From Candidatus Lustribacter sp. (GTDB taxonomy: Bacteria; Vulcanimicrobiota; Vulcanimicrobiia; Vulcanimicrobiales; Vulcanimicrobiaceae), in NCBI GenBank assembly GCA_965277805.1, contig OZ255842.1, forward strand, positions 3,264,001 through 3,328,000: a stretch of DNA of 64,000 nucleotides, given 5' to 3'. The translations under genes and the position numbers were made by a program. Below are positions 36,405 through 46,032 of this stretch, piece after piece. The notes beneath the pieces were generated by a model. It was not told the origin of the DNA, did no database searches, and worked only from the letters and a program-made list of their open reading frames with translations. Position 1 is the stretch's first letter, and each line of letters opens with the position of its first letter.

Positions 36405-37348
36405 GTCAGGCGCGCGTAGAGTTCGGCTGCGTCAAACGACTTCGGAATGATTTCGTACTTCGCACAGGCGGTGACGTAGGGCTGCATCTCGCGCGGATCG
36501 GATTCGGTCGCGAAGATCGTTTTGGTCGCCGCAACCGTCGCGCGATCGATGCCGGTGAAGGCCGACGTCAGATCGCCCGCCTCGGAAACATGCGCGTTGC
36601 ACCACACCTGCGCGTCGCGAATGACGCGCACGAATTTCGCCACCGTGTCGCGGTTCTTGGCGATGTAGTCGGCAGTGGCAACCCACGCCGTCTCGAGAAA
36701 GTGCGGCCCGAGCGCGCCGAGGAGGTCGCCCAGCGCGCGCACCTTGCCCGCGCGAACGTCGTCTTTAAGGTACGGCGCGTTCGATACGCCGGCGTCGACG
36801 CGTTTCGCGAGTACCGCCGCGGTTACGGCCGAAAACGGCAACTCGATGAACTTCACCGTCGTGGAGTCGCCGCCGGCCGCGTCGACGAACAACCGCGCGC
36901 CGATCCAGGTCGAATCCTTGATGGCGCCGACCGAGACCGTCTTGCCGTTCAAGTCGCGGCCGGTTCGGATCGGCGAGTCGGGCGACACGACGATTTGCGA
37001 TTCGGAATCGTTTCCGAACGTGTGCAGCCGGTCGGGAAAGATGATCGTGAGCGGGATGCCGTGCGCGTGGGCGGTGATGATCGCCGTCGAGCTGACCTTA
37101 CCGATATCGATCGCGCCCCCGGCGAGCGCCGCCGCGACGGCCGAACCGTTGGTCGCCTTTTGCAGCGTCACGTCGAGTCCGGCGTTCTTGAACAGCCCGT
37201 TGTTCTGGGCGTAGATCAAGGGAGTCACGTCGTTGACCGGATTGCTCGAAACCCGAACTGCCGTCGGCGCGGATTGCGCGTACGCGGTGCGGCCGGTCGC
37301 GAGCAGCAGCGCGCCGCCGGCGATGACGACTTTGCGCGACATGTTCAT
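36401..37348 (-). CDS. ABC transporter substrate-binding protein, SsuA/THI5-like
   Basis: Leader; GLFKNAGLDV and DLNGKTVSV motifs; TGATG coupling. Confidence 0.85.
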   Translation of the reverse strand: MNMSRKVVIAGGALLLATGRTAYAQSAPTAVRVSSNPVNDVTPLIYAQNNGLFKNAGLDVTLQKATNGSAVAAALAGGAIDIGKVSSTAIITAHAHGIPLTIIFPDRLHTFGNDSESQIVVSPDSPIRTGRDLNGKTVSVGAIKDSTWIGARLFVDAAGGDSTTVKFIELPFSAVTAAVLAKRVDAGVSNAPYLKDDVRAGKVRALGDLLGALGPHFLETAWVATADYIAKNRDTVAKFVRVIRDAQVWCNAHVSEAGDLTSAFTGIDRATVAATKTIFATESDPREMQPYVTACAKYEIIPKSFDAAELYARLT

Positions 37349-38292
37349 CACGCCAGCATGATCTCTTCGTAGGAGACCGGGCGTGAGATCACTTTGAATC
37401 GCGCCGCCGACTGCAGCTGCGGTTCGATGCACGAACGCTCGGCCTTCTCCGCGAGGACAGGCAGGACGATCGTGCGGATCGTCTCGATCGGCAGTTTGGT
37501 ATACGTCACCAGGAGCTGCTCGACCGAGGCCGGGTTTGCGTTCACGCGTTTGGCCGTTGCGTAGAGCGCGGAAACGACTTGCTTCACGAGCGCCGGGTTC
37601 TTGGCGATGAAGTCGGCGTGCGCGTACCACACACCGAGCGCCCAATGGCGGCCGAGCGTGCTGTAGACGCCCGGCACCGCGCGCGTATCGGCTTTGGCGG
37701 CCGACGCGAACGGCTCGACCAAACAGCCCGATGCGATCTCCTTGCGCTGCAGGGCCGCGGAAATCGACGCAAACGGGATCTCGACGATCTTCACGCTCGT
37801 GGGGTCGATCTTGTTGTTGGTCATCCATTGCCACACGCCCAGCGTCTGGCTGTCGTTGAGCGAGTTCACCCCGAGCGTCGTGTTGACCAGATCCGCCGCG
37901 TTCTTGATCGGCGAGTCCTTCGCAACGGCGAGAATCACCGGCGCCGGTTCGACGAAGATCGTGCCGACTGCAATGATCCGCAGCGGGATGTTATGGATGA
38001 TCGCGTTCGCGACGCCCTCGGGCGTTGCGCTCGCGATGTCGATGTCTCCGCGCACCACGGCTTCCAGCGTTTCCGCGCCGCGTCCGGTCGTCGTGATCGT
38101 CGCGCTGATCCCGGCTTGTTTGAAAAAGCCCAGCTGATCGGCGAAATATCCTTCGGCTTGCGTCGCCGCGGAGCTCGCCGCGATCCGGATCGTCGAGGTC
38201 TGCGCGCGCACGAGCGCCGGGAATCCCGTCGCGACGGCCGCCCCGGATGCCGCAAGTGCAAGCGCGCGACCGCGCGTGATGGCCGTCTTCAC
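37348..38292 (-). CDS. ABC transporter substrate-binding protein, SsuA/THI5-like
   Basis: TRGRAL..FPALVRAQ leader; GFFKQAGI motif; GGAG RBS before the GTG. Confidence 0.85.
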   Translation of the reverse strand: MKTAITRGRALALAASGAAVATGFPALVRAQTSTIRIAASSAATQAEGYFADQLGFFKQAGISATITTTGRGAETLEAVVRGDIDIASATPEGVANAIIHNIPLRIIAVGTIFVEPAPVILAVAKDSPIKNAADLVNTTLGVNSLNDSQTLGVWQWMTNNKIDPTSVKIVEIPFASISAALQRKEIASGCLVEPFASAAKADTRAVPGVYSTLGRHWALGVWYAHADFIAKNPALVKQVVSALYATAKRVNANPASVEQLLVTYTKLPIETIRTIVLPVLAEKAERSCIEPQLQSAARFKVISRPVSYEEIMLA

Positions 38293-38321
38293 TTCTACCA
38301 CTCCGCTCTGCTGCTGCGCGT

Positions 38322-39539
38322 TTAGGTGACGGTGACTTCGCGTTCGGGAAAGTCGTACGTCGTCGATGCCGCGACGCCTTCGAGCGAGTAACCGAGGTGT
38401 TTCTCGACCGGCAGTTCGATCCACGGCGTGTTCTTCTGCGGGTCGCGCACGACGCCGAGCGGATCGAGTCCGCGTTCGACGCGCTCGACCTGATCGAGCA
38501 GCGTCTTGCGGTACAGGGCCACACCGCGATCGCTCTCGCCGAGGTTCTCGACGCTGTGGTCGGTGATGTCGCCTTGCGAGATCATCACCATCATGTCCTG
38601 AGCATTGAGCACGTCGGGCATGTACTTGCCATCCGGCGTCAGCCACGGGTTTTCCCAGATCGGGCTGTGCGCGCGCGTCGGCTTACCGGTATCGCGCTCG
38701 CGGCAGTTCAGCCAGTAGTGCGTCGTGTGGGTGTCGTCCGCCGGTACGCGGATCTGATACTGGACCCACTCCGCCGTGTACGGCACGACCGCGATTCCCG
38801 GGAAGAGCTGCGGGTGACCGGTCTTCCACTCTTCGGAGTCTTCGGTGTCGCCTTCCCAGAGGCGCTTCTTGATGATGCCGAATTCGAAGAGTTCGAAGTC
38901 GATCTTGGCGTGATGGCGGATCTTCACCGGCGCGAGTCCCAAGCGGCCACGCGCGTAGTTCGTGTACTTCATGTGCAAGTACTCGATGTGCAGCGGGTCG
39001 AGCGTGTTCTCGGCGATTTGCAGCCAGTTGCACGGCATGCGGCTGATGCCGATGTCCCACTCCCAATCGTCGCGCACCATGTGCTCGAACCGCGGCAACA
39101 GCGGCGCCGGAGCCTCGCCGAGATACGCCCACAAAAGGCCTGCCATCTCTTGCACGGGGTAGGCGGCGATCTTGATGCGCGCCTTGAGTTTACTGTTCGC
39201 CGGTTCGGCCGGCGTTTCGACGCAGTTGCCGTTCGCGTCGAACTTCCACGCGTGATACGCGCAGACGAGATGGTTGTCTTCGAGCATCCCGCACGCGAGC
39301 GACGTGCCGCGATGCGGACAGCGCTCGGCGACGAGTCCATAGCTGCCGTCCTCGGTGCGATAGAGCGCGAGGCTTTCACCGAGCACGCGCACGGCGATCA
39401 CCGGATTCTCGGTCAGTTCCGCAACGGCGGCAACCGGCTGCCAAAAGCAGCGCATGTATTTGCCCATCGGCGTCCCCGGCCCGACGAGCGTCAGGCGTTC
39501 CTGACGTTGTTTGCGCGATGCAAGATGATCGACGGCCAC
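38322..39539 (-). CDS. Rieske oxygenase alpha subunit (phthalate 4,5-dioxygenase/LigX O-demethylase-like group)
   Basis: LTLVGPGTPMGKYMRCFWQP, CPHRG..CAYHAW, NWLQIAENTLDPLHIEYLH, QDMMV and ENLGESDRGV motifs. Confidence 0.9.
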   Translation of the reverse strand: MAVDHLASRKQRQERLTLVGPGTPMGKYMRCFWQPVAAVAELTENPVIAVRVLGESLALYRTEDGSYGLVAERCPHRGTSLACGMLEDNHLVCAYHAWKFDANGNCVETPAEPANSKLKARIKIAAYPVQEMAGLLWAYLGEAPAPLLPRFEHMVRDDWEWDIGISRMPCNWLQIAENTLDPLHIEYLHMKYTNYARGRLGLAPVKIRHHAKIDFELFEFGIIKKRLWEGDTEDSEEWKTGHPQLFPGIAVVPYTAEWVQYQIRVPADDTHTTHYWLNCRERDTGKPTRAHSPIWENPWLTPDGKYMPDVLNAQDMMVMISQGDITDHSVENLGESDRGVALYRKTLLDQVERVERGLDPLGVVRDPQKNTPWIELPVEKHLGYSLEGVAASTTYDFPEREVTVT

Positions 39540-39565
39540 GGCACACCAGCCCTCTGAAGTGAAGG

Positions 39566-39598
39566 GTTCTTTATTGGACAGGAGTACAGTAATAGAAC
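39566..39598. promoter_or_regulatory. Putative TetR operator (imperfect palindrome)
   Basis: GTTCT-TTATTGGAC-AGGA-GTACAGTAA-T-AGAAC in the short divergent gap between the Rieske gene and tetR. Confidence 0.5.
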
Positions 39599-40225
39599 AT
39601 GCCTCCAGTGTCAAGGCCGACCGCGAGCCTCGAGACGGGCCGCGTACAGCAAAAGGCGCGCACGCGCAAGGCGCTCGTCGACGCCGCGATCGCGTTCGTG
39701 CGTGAGGGGCGCGATTTTTCCGTCGCCGACGTGGCCGATGCGGCGCTCGTCGGACGCGCGACCGCCTACACGTACTTCAAAACGAAAGAATCGCTGCGCG
39801 CGCAAGCGGTGCTCACGTTTGTCGCCAGCAACGACTTCCCGTCGTTCGACGTCGCGTTCGCGCAGACGGCCGATGCCGAAACGCGCGTGCAAGCCGTCGT
39901 GGCGGCGAGCGACAAGTCGATCCGTCTGCACGAAGCACAATACCGCGCGCTCTTGCGCTCCTCGCTCGAAGACGGCCAGGGCGACGAACTGCCCCGGCGC
40001 CCCGCCAACCGCCGGCAGTGGCTAAACGACGCGCTAGCACCGTTGCGCCGCTCACTCACCGATGCCGAATTCGATCGCCTCGTCGGCGCATTGAGCTTGT
40101 GCCTGGGCATCGAAGCACACGTCACGCTGCGCGACGTCTGCGGGTTCAGCGAACCTGAAGCGAGCGCAATAAAAGCCTGGGCCGCCGCCGCCCTCGTAGA
40201 AGCCGCCAAACCCAAACCCCGCTAG
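39599..40225 (+). CDS. TetR/AcrR-family transcriptional regulator
   Basis: RTRKALVDAA..FSVADVADAALVGRATAYTYFKTKESL HTH; alternative start GTG 39608. Confidence 0.92.
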   Translation: MPPVSRPTASLETGRVQQKARTRKALVDAAIAFVREGRDFSVADVADAALVGRATAYTYFKTKESLRAQAVLTFVASNDFPSFDVAFAQTADAETRVQAVVAASDKSIRLHEAQYRALLRSSLEDGQGDELPRRPANRRQWLNDALAPLRRSLTDAEFDRLVGALSLCLGIEAHVTLRDVCGFSEPEASAIKAWAAAALVEAAKPKPR

Positions 40226-40252
40226 CCCCCCTTGTCATTAGTCCTTAGTCCT

Positions 40253-40455
40253 TGTCATTCTGAGCGGAGCCCCGAAGGGGGGCGTAGACGAAGAACGCGC
40301 CACCATCATGGCAATAAGCAAGGGCAATGCCATCATCGGGAGTGCGCTGACTGTCTGGAATTTATCTGGCACATTTGCGGCGTTGCCGTGGCAAATCGCA
40401 CGATATCGGCGCGTCCTTCGTCTGCGCGCCCTACGGCGCTCCGCTCAGGACGACA
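40253..40455. repeat. REP/MITE-like inverted-repeat element 2
   Basis: Left arm TGTCATTCTGAGCGGAGCCCGAAGGGGGGCGTAGACGAAGAACGCGC; right arm (reverse complement) TGTCGTCCTGAGCGGAGCGCCGTAGGGCGCGCAGACGAAGGACGCGC. Homologous to element 1. Confidence 0.8.
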
Positions 40456-40486
40456 CTGAAATCACGCAACACTGCTCAAGTTTTGG

Positions 40487-41704
40487 TTAGTCGGTGGGGT
40501 CGCCGGTTAGGCGGTCGCTGTTGCGGAGGGCTGGGAACGCGAGTGCCCAGGTGAGGACGACGCCGAGTGTGGCGACGCCGCCGAGCGCGACGCCGAGGAC
40601 GGGGCCGAAGATTTGCGCGGCCGTGCCCGATTCGAACGAGCCGAGTTGGCCCGACGCGTTGATGAATAAGCTCTCGATCGAATTCACGCGCCCGCGCATT
40701 GCATCGGGCGTGTTGAGCGCCACGAGACCGCGCCGGATCACGACGCTGATCATGTCGCACGCGCCGGCAATCGCCAAGCACGCGATCGAAAGCCAGAGAT
40801 TGCGCGAATAGGCGAACGCGATGATCGCGCAACCGTAGGCCGCGACGGCGAAGAGCATCGTCTTGCCCACGCGCCGGTTGGGCGTGCGCCGCGAGAGCAC
40901 GATCGCCATCACCGATGCACCGATCCCGCTCGCGCTCCGCAGCATTCCGAATGCGACCGCGCCCGAGTGCAGTATCTGCACGGCGTAGACGGGCAAGAGC
41001 GCGGTCGCGCCGCCGAACAGCACGGCGAAGAGGTCGAGCGTGATCGCCCCCATGACGATCGGTTTCGAGCGGATAAAACGCACCCCGTCGAGCGCCGAGT
41101 CCTTCCGGATGCCGGTCGCGCGGATCGTATCGCGAACGTGCAGGATCGAAAAGCCGAACACCGCGGCCAGCGTCAGCGCCCCGGCGAGCACGAATGCCGC
41201 CACCGTCGAGGCTGCGACGATCGCGCCGCCGAGCGCCGGCATCGCGATAACGGCGACCTCGCGCGCCGACGCGTAGGTCGCCTGCACCCGCATGTAGTCT
41301 TCGGTCTCGACGATATTGACGAGGATCGTGCGCTCGGCCGGATTTCCGAATGCGCGTGCGATGCCCTGACAGAACAGCACCGAGAGCACGAGCGGCAAAT
41401 TGTCGACGTGCGCGAGCGCGAGCATTCCGAGCGCAAAGGTGAAGAACGCGGTCGCCGTTGCGGCGATCATCGCAATACGTTTGCGGTTGAAGCGATCGAC
41501 CGCGTGCCCGGCAACGAACACGAGGAACAACTGCGGCGCGAACATCACGAGGCCCACGAGGCCGAGATCGAACGGGCGGTGATGAATGCTGTACACGGTC
41601 CAGGCGACCGCTACGCCGAGGACTTGATTCGCACTTTCGCTCGAAAGAAACGCGAAGAAATATGCCGCAATGTTACGCCGGCTGCTCACCTTGTCGATGC
41701 GCAA
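40487..41704 (-). CDS. MFS transporter (EntS/MFS_3-like)
   Basis: AGHAVDRFNRK, LDLFAVLFGGATALLP, SVVIR..TPDAMRGRV and LGSFESG motifs. Confidence 0.9.
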   Translation of the reverse strand: MRIDKVSSRRNIAAYFFAFLSSESANQVLGVAVAWTVYSIHHRPFDLGLVGLVMFAPQLFLVFVAGHAVDRFNRKRIAMIAATATAFFTFALGMLALAHVDNLPLVLSVLFCQGIARAFGNPAERTILVNIVETEDYMRVQATYASAREVAVIAMPALGGAIVAASTVAAFVLAGALTLAAVFGFSILHVRDTIRATGIRKDSALDGVRFIRSKPIVMGAITLDLFAVLFGGATALLPVYAVQILHSGAVAFGMLRSASGIGASVMAIVLSRRTPNRRVGKTMLFAVAAYGCAIIAFAYSRNLWLSIACLAIAGACDMISVVIRRGLVALNTPDAMRGRVNSIESLFINASGQLGSFESGTAAQIFGPVLGVALGGVATLGVVLTWALAFPALRNSDRLTGDPTD

Positions 41705-41781
41705 AATTTACGGGCGAAACCATCCGGCACCTGGTAGGGGACGGCGTACGATGGCCGAACCTGCGCGGCGGAGGTCAACTC

Positions 41782-42735
41782 ATGACAATCCGGCGTTCTC
41801 ACTTTCTCTTGGGGGCCGCGGCCGGCGCTGCAGCCTTCTTCCCCGGTCGCCCGGCCCGCGCCGACGATACGCTGCGAATCGGCGCGCTGCTGCTCGACAA
41901 CACCGCCGAAGTGTTCTACGCGCGCGAGCTCGGCATGTTCAAAAAAGCCGGACTGACCGTTGACATCCAAACCTTTCCGAGCGGCGGCGCAGCCTCATCG
42001 GCGCTGGTCGGCGGCGCAGTCGACATCGCGATCGCCGATGCGCTCACGATGGCCGAGGCGCACACGCGCGCAGTCCCGATCACCTACGTCGCACCGGCCA
42101 CGATCTACACGCGCGCCTTCCCGGCCTACGAAATCATGGTCGCCGCCAACGGGCCGATCCACGCCGGGCACGACTTCAACGGGAAGACGCTGGCCACGAA
42201 CGCCCTCAAGAACATCTTACAGGTACCGACGATGGCCTGGATCGACAACAACGGCGGCGACAGCAAGAGCGTGAAGTTCATCGAGGTGCCGTTCCCGACG
42301 ATGGGCGCGGCGATTCTCGACGGCCGCATCGACGGTGCATCGATCTCCGAACCCTTTTTCACCAACGCCATGGCCACGGGCAACTTCCGCAAGATCTCGG
42401 CGGCTGAGAAAGGCCTTGCGCCGGAGTACATGTTCTCCGGCTGGGCGACGACGCTCGACTTCTCCGCAAAACAGCCGGACGTCATCAAGAAGTTCGTGGC
42501 GGTCATGCTCGAGAGCGCGCGCTGGGGAAATGCCAATCGCACACAGAGCGCGCAGATCCTGGTCAGCGTGAACAAGATGTCGCCCGAGGTCGCCAACAAG
42601 ATGGAGCGCTCGTACTACGGTGAGAAGCTTTCACCGGCGCTGCTGCAGCCGGTGATCGACGCCGGCGCGAAATACGGCGCCACCACCAAATCGTTCCCGG
42701 CGAGCGAAGTGATCAGCCCGCTGGCGTTACGCTGA
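41782..42735 (+). CDS. ABC transporter substrate-binding protein, SsuA/THI5-like
   Basis: IRRSHFL Tat leader; GMFKKAGL and DFNGKT motifs; GGAGG RBS. Confidence 0.87.
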   Translation: MTIRRSHFLLGAAAGAAAFFPGRPARADDTLRIGALLLDNTAEVFYARELGMFKKAGLTVDIQTFPSGGAASSALVGGAVDIAIADALTMAEAHTRAVPITYVAPATIYTRAFPAYEIMVAANGPIHAGHDFNGKTLATNALKNILQVPTMAWIDNNGGDSKSVKFIEVPFPTMGAAILDGRIDGASISEPFFTNAMATGNFRKISAAEKGLAPEYMFSGWATTLDFSAKQPDVIKKFVAVMLESARWGNANRTQSAQILVSVNKMSPEVANKMERSYYGEKLSPALLQPVIDAGAKYGATTKSFPASEVISPLALR

Positions 42736-44052
42736 CACCATGCTGATGCCCTCGAGTTCGAGCCGTTTCGTCTCGCGCACGAACGTCCACACGAACCAGA
42801 TCGTCACGAGACAGATCGTCCCGTAGATCGCAAACGTCAGCGGCGAGCCGAAGACGTGGATCATCGTCAGAAAGACGAACGATACGGCGAAGTTCGCAAC
42901 CCAGTTCGCGAGCGTGGCGATCGACATCGCGCGGCCCCGTATCGGGAGCGGATAGATCTCGGAGATCAGCAGCCACAAGATCGGCCCGAGGCTGAACGCA
43001 AAGCAGCCGACGTAGACCATGAGCGCCACGAGCGTCACCGCGCCGAGCGACCCGCTCGCTCCGCGCGAGAAGGCGAAGGCGAGCGTGAACAAGGCGATCA
43101 TCATGCCGCCGATCCCGGCGTAAAGCAACGGCTTGCGGCCGATCCGGTCGATCAAGACGATCGCGACGATCGTCATCAGGCAGTTGACGAGATCGACGCC
43201 GAGCGTCGCCAAGATCGACACGGCGTTCGAAGAGAAGCCGGCGAGCTTGAAGATTTGCGGGCCGTAGTAGATGACGGTATTGATTCCGGTGATCTGCTGC
43301 AATATCGCGAGGCCGATGCCGATCCCCAGCGCCCCGCGCACGTGCGGCGAGAGCAGATCGCGCCATTCGCCCTGGTGCGCGCCGAGCGAGCTCTTGATAT
43401 CGGCGATCGCATGCTCGACCTCGCCGGCATCGCGGGTGCGCACCAGGACGTCGCGCGCCAGCGCCTCCTGACCGTGCGCGTAGAGCCAGCGCGGGCTTTC
43501 GGGCATCACGATCATCCCGGCGAGGAGCAAGACCGACGGGATCAGGGCGATGCCGAGCATGGCGGGCCAATTCGCCGACGCCGCAAACGCGTAATCGACG
43601 AGCGCAGCGCTTAGGATGCCGATCGTGATCGCAGACTGATAGAGCGAGACGAGCGCGCCCCGCGTCGCGCGCGGCGCCGCTTCCGAGATGTAGAGCGGCG
43701 CCGCGACGGAACTGATCCCGATGCCGGTCCCGACGATCAGCCGGCCCGCGATCAGCACCGCAATCGACGGCGCGAACGCCGACAGCACGGCACCGACGGC
43801 AAAGACGACGCCCGCGGCGATCAGCGTCCAGCGCCGGCCGAGCCGATCGGCCATTCCGCCGGCCAAAAACGCGCCCACGACCGCGCCGATCAGGACCACG
43901 CTGACGACGGTCTCTTGCATCTGCGTATCGAGCGCGAAGGTCTGCTGGATGAACAGGATCGCGCCGGCGATGACCCCGGTATCGTAGCCGAAGAGCAACC
44001 CTCCCAGCGCCGCGACCGACGAGATCAGGAGCACGTAGCGCGAGGTTGCCAT
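42727..44052 (-). CDS. Sugar porter family MFS transporter
   Basis: GGLLFGYDTG, DRLGRR, YISEAAP..RG, PESPRW, QQITGINTVIYY and SEIYP motifs. Confidence 0.93.
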   Translation of the reverse strand: MATSRYVLLISSVAALGGLLFGYDTGVIAGAILFIQQTFALDTQMQETVVSVVLIGAVVGAFLAGGMADRLGRRWTLIAAGVVFAVGAVLSAFAPSIAVLIAGRLIVGTGIGISSVAAPLYISEAAPRATRGALVSLYQSAITIGILSAALVDYAFAASANWPAMLGIALIPSVLLLAGMIVMPESPRWLYAHGQEALARDVLVRTRDAGEVEHAIADIKSSLGAHQGEWRDLLSPHVRGALGIGIGLAILQQITGINTVIYYGPQIFKLAGFSSNAVSILATLGVDLVNCLMTIVAIVLIDRIGRKPLLYAGIGGMMIALFTLAFAFSRGASGSLGAVTLVALMVYVGCFAFSLGPILWLLISEIYPLPIRGRAMSIATLANWVANFAVSFVFLTMIHVFGSPLTFAIYGTICLVTIWFVWTFVRETKRLELEGISMVSA

Positions 44053-44103
44053 GGCCGCGCCCTTCAAGCAGGGAAGCGGCGGGACCCACCGTAGCGCATT
44101 TTC

Positions 44104-45270
44104 ATGCAACGCTTTTTCCGCATCGCTGCCGCGGGCGCGGCCCTCGTCTTGGCCGGTACACCCCTCGGCGCGGGCGCGGCCGACCCGTTCGAGGTCGACG
44201 TGCTGTTGCCGGTGACCGGCAGCGCATCGTTCTACGCGGTCGCGCAGCAGCAGTCACTGCACATTATCGAAACGAACGTCAACAAAGCGGGCGGCATCGG
44301 TGGCCGCCCGCTGAAGTTCGTGATCAACGACGATCAGACCGACGCGAAAGTCGACGTCCAACTCGCGAACCAAATCCTCGCCAAGCACCCCGCAGTGCTG
44401 CTCGGGCCGACGCTAACGGCGCAGTGCAACGCGTTGATGCCGCTCGTCAAGGACGGCCCGGCAACGTGGTGCTTTACGCCCGGCCCCCGTCCGGTCGACG
44501 GCGGCTACGTCTTTGCGTTCGGCGCCGACACATCGCACACGACCGCCGTCTCGATGCGCTATCTGAAAGCCAAAGGCATCACGCGCATCGGCATGATCTC
44601 ATCGACCGATGCCACCGGGCAGGACGGCGACAAGAACATCGACGCCGCCGCGGCCGCGGACGGGGTCACCGTGCTCGATCACGAGCACTTCAACCCGACC
44701 GACATCAGCGTGACCGCGCAGCTCGCGCGCATCAAAGGCATGAGTCCGCAAGCGGTCGTGGTGTGGACGACCGGCACGCCGTTCGGCACGGTTCTGCGCG
44801 GCATTCAAGACGTCGGCATCGACGTGCCGATCCTGTCGACCAACGGCAACATCACCTACGGTCAGATGAAACAGTACAAGGGATTCTTGCCGAAAGACCT
44901 GTGGTTTCCGGGCGCCGCCTTCCTCGATGCCTCGCAGCTTGCCGATAAGGGCGTGATCGCCGCCGTTAAGACATTCAACGACGGCATCGTCGCGCAAGGC
45001 GGCAGCAAGCCGGATTGGGGCAACAACAACTGCTACGACGGCGCGCGGCTGTTCGTCGAAGCGCTGCGGAAGTTCGGCTCGAACACCACCAGCGCCCAAG
45101 TACGCGACTACGTCGCCTCGCAGACGAACTGGCCCGGGATCAACGGCCGCTACAACTTCGTCAAAGAGCCGCAGCGCGGCTTAGGCGACGACTCGGTCGT
45201 GATGGTGCGCTGGAACACCGCAACCGAATCGTGGACCGCACTCAGCAAACCGGGAGGGCTACCGCTCTAG
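44104..45270 (+). CDS. ABC transporter substrate-binding protein, branched-chain amino acid (LivJ-like) fold
   Basis: Signal peptide; LLPVTG, NKAGGIGGRP and DDQTD motifs; paralog of 27301-28470. Confidence 0.88.
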   Translation: MQRFFRIAAAGAALVLAGTPLGAGAADPFEVDVLLPVTGSASFYAVAQQQSLHIIETNVNKAGGIGGRPLKFVINDDQTDAKVDVQLANQILAKHPAVLLGPTLTAQCNALMPLVKDGPATWCFTPGPRPVDGGYVFAFGADTSHTTAVSMRYLKAKGITRIGMISSTDATGQDGDKNIDAAAAADGVTVLDHEHFNPTDISVTAQLARIKGMSPQAVVVWTTGTPFGTVLRGIQDVGIDVPILSTNGNITYGQMKQYKGFLPKDLWFPGAAFLDASQLADKGVIAAVKTFNDGIVAQGGSKPDWGNNNCYDGARLFVEALRKFGSNTTSAQVRDYVASQTNWPGINGRYNFVKEPQRGLGDDSVVMVRWNTATESWTALSKPGGLPL

Positions 45271-45271
45271 T

Positions 45272-45574
45272 TTATTGCGGCGGGCCGCAGTTGTAGTCGA
45301 GCGTCGTGCTGCACACGCGCAGGTTTACGTGCGCGGCCGGGCTTACTTTGACGTTGAACTGTTGCGGCGGAACGTCGTCGGAGCTGACCGAGACGACGGC
45401 CGCGCCGGCCTTCCCAACGGTGAGACGAAAACTCCCGTCGGCGCGCGAGACCGTGTGCGCGCTGCCGATCGCGACCGCCACGCCGGGCAGCGGCTGACCG
45501 GTCGTCCGGTCGGCAATCGACCCGGTCACGATGACGAGCGCAATGGCGAAGATCCCGCTCCAGCGATTCTGCAT
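45272..45574 (-). CDS. Small secreted protein with a carboxypeptidase regulatory-like beta domain
   Basis: VTGSIADRTTGQPLPGVAV..ADGSFRL motif; C-terminal Cys pair. Confidence 0.6.
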   Translation of the reverse strand: MQNRWSGIFAIALVIVTGSIADRTTGQPLPGVAVAIGSAHTVSRADGSFRLTVGKAGAAVVSVSSDDVPPQQFNVKVSPAAHVNLRVCSTTLDYNCGPPQ

Positions 45575-45597
45575 GCGTGAGAACGTGCCGCGCCCGA

Positions 45598-46032
45598 TCA
45601 CGACACTCCTCGGCGATACCGTTCGATGGCATCGAAGAGCCCTTGCGGATCGTCGGTTCCGAGCGTCACGCGCCGGCCATTGCGATAGAACAATTCCACC
45701 GCGCGAAAGCCCGATACGTTCCACAGCCACCCGTGCCACAGCGTCCAATGGATGCCCCAGCCCTCGAAAAGGTTGGTGCGCGTGATCTCGGCATGATCGA
45801 GGTCGGCGAAGCTAACGTGGCCGCCGGGAACGCCGAACGTGAACGACCACAGCACGCCGTTCCGGTCGACCTGCGTCGTCAGCCGGGCGAAACCGAAGAC
45901 GCAAATCGCCACGAACACCAGCAGCGCATACATCGCTTCGGGCAAGCCGTGGTTGGTGAAAACAACGGCGACGATGACGAGCAGCATAACGATACTCCAA
46001 GGGGCCCACTGCCGATGTTCGTATGCCTGCAT
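45598..46032 (-). CDS. Hypothetical membrane protein (2 TM plus PH-like tail)
   Basis: Two hydrophobic helices, then GWGIH..LWNVSG..AVEL..LGTDDP. Confidence 0.7.
   Translation of the reverse strand: MQAYEHRQWAPWSIVMLLVIVAVVFTNHGLPEAMYALLVFVAICVFGFARLTTQVDRNGVLWSFTFGVPGGHVSFADLDHAEITRTNLFEGWGIHWTLWHGWLWNVSGFRAVELFYRNGRRVTLGTDDPQGLFDAIERYRRGVS

Noticed and set aside
36401-38646. Extended N-termini of SBP ORFs in the track (starts 37834 and 38646; similar cases at 30558, 52616, 53985, 45839, 24145, 25337)
   Set aside because: The extensions overlap neighbouring genes; RBS, coupling and signal-peptide evidence supports the shorter starts.
27091-40455. Possible CRISPR array or tRNA in the repeats
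   Set aside because: Only inverted arm pairs are present, with no regularly spaced direct repeats, no cas genes and no cloverleaf.
27170-40490. Small ORFs over the repeat elements (27170-27400, 27242-27463, 40232-40459, 40308-40490)
   Set aside because: They are translations of the repeat arms (the CHSERS peptide appears at both elements) with no coding signal.
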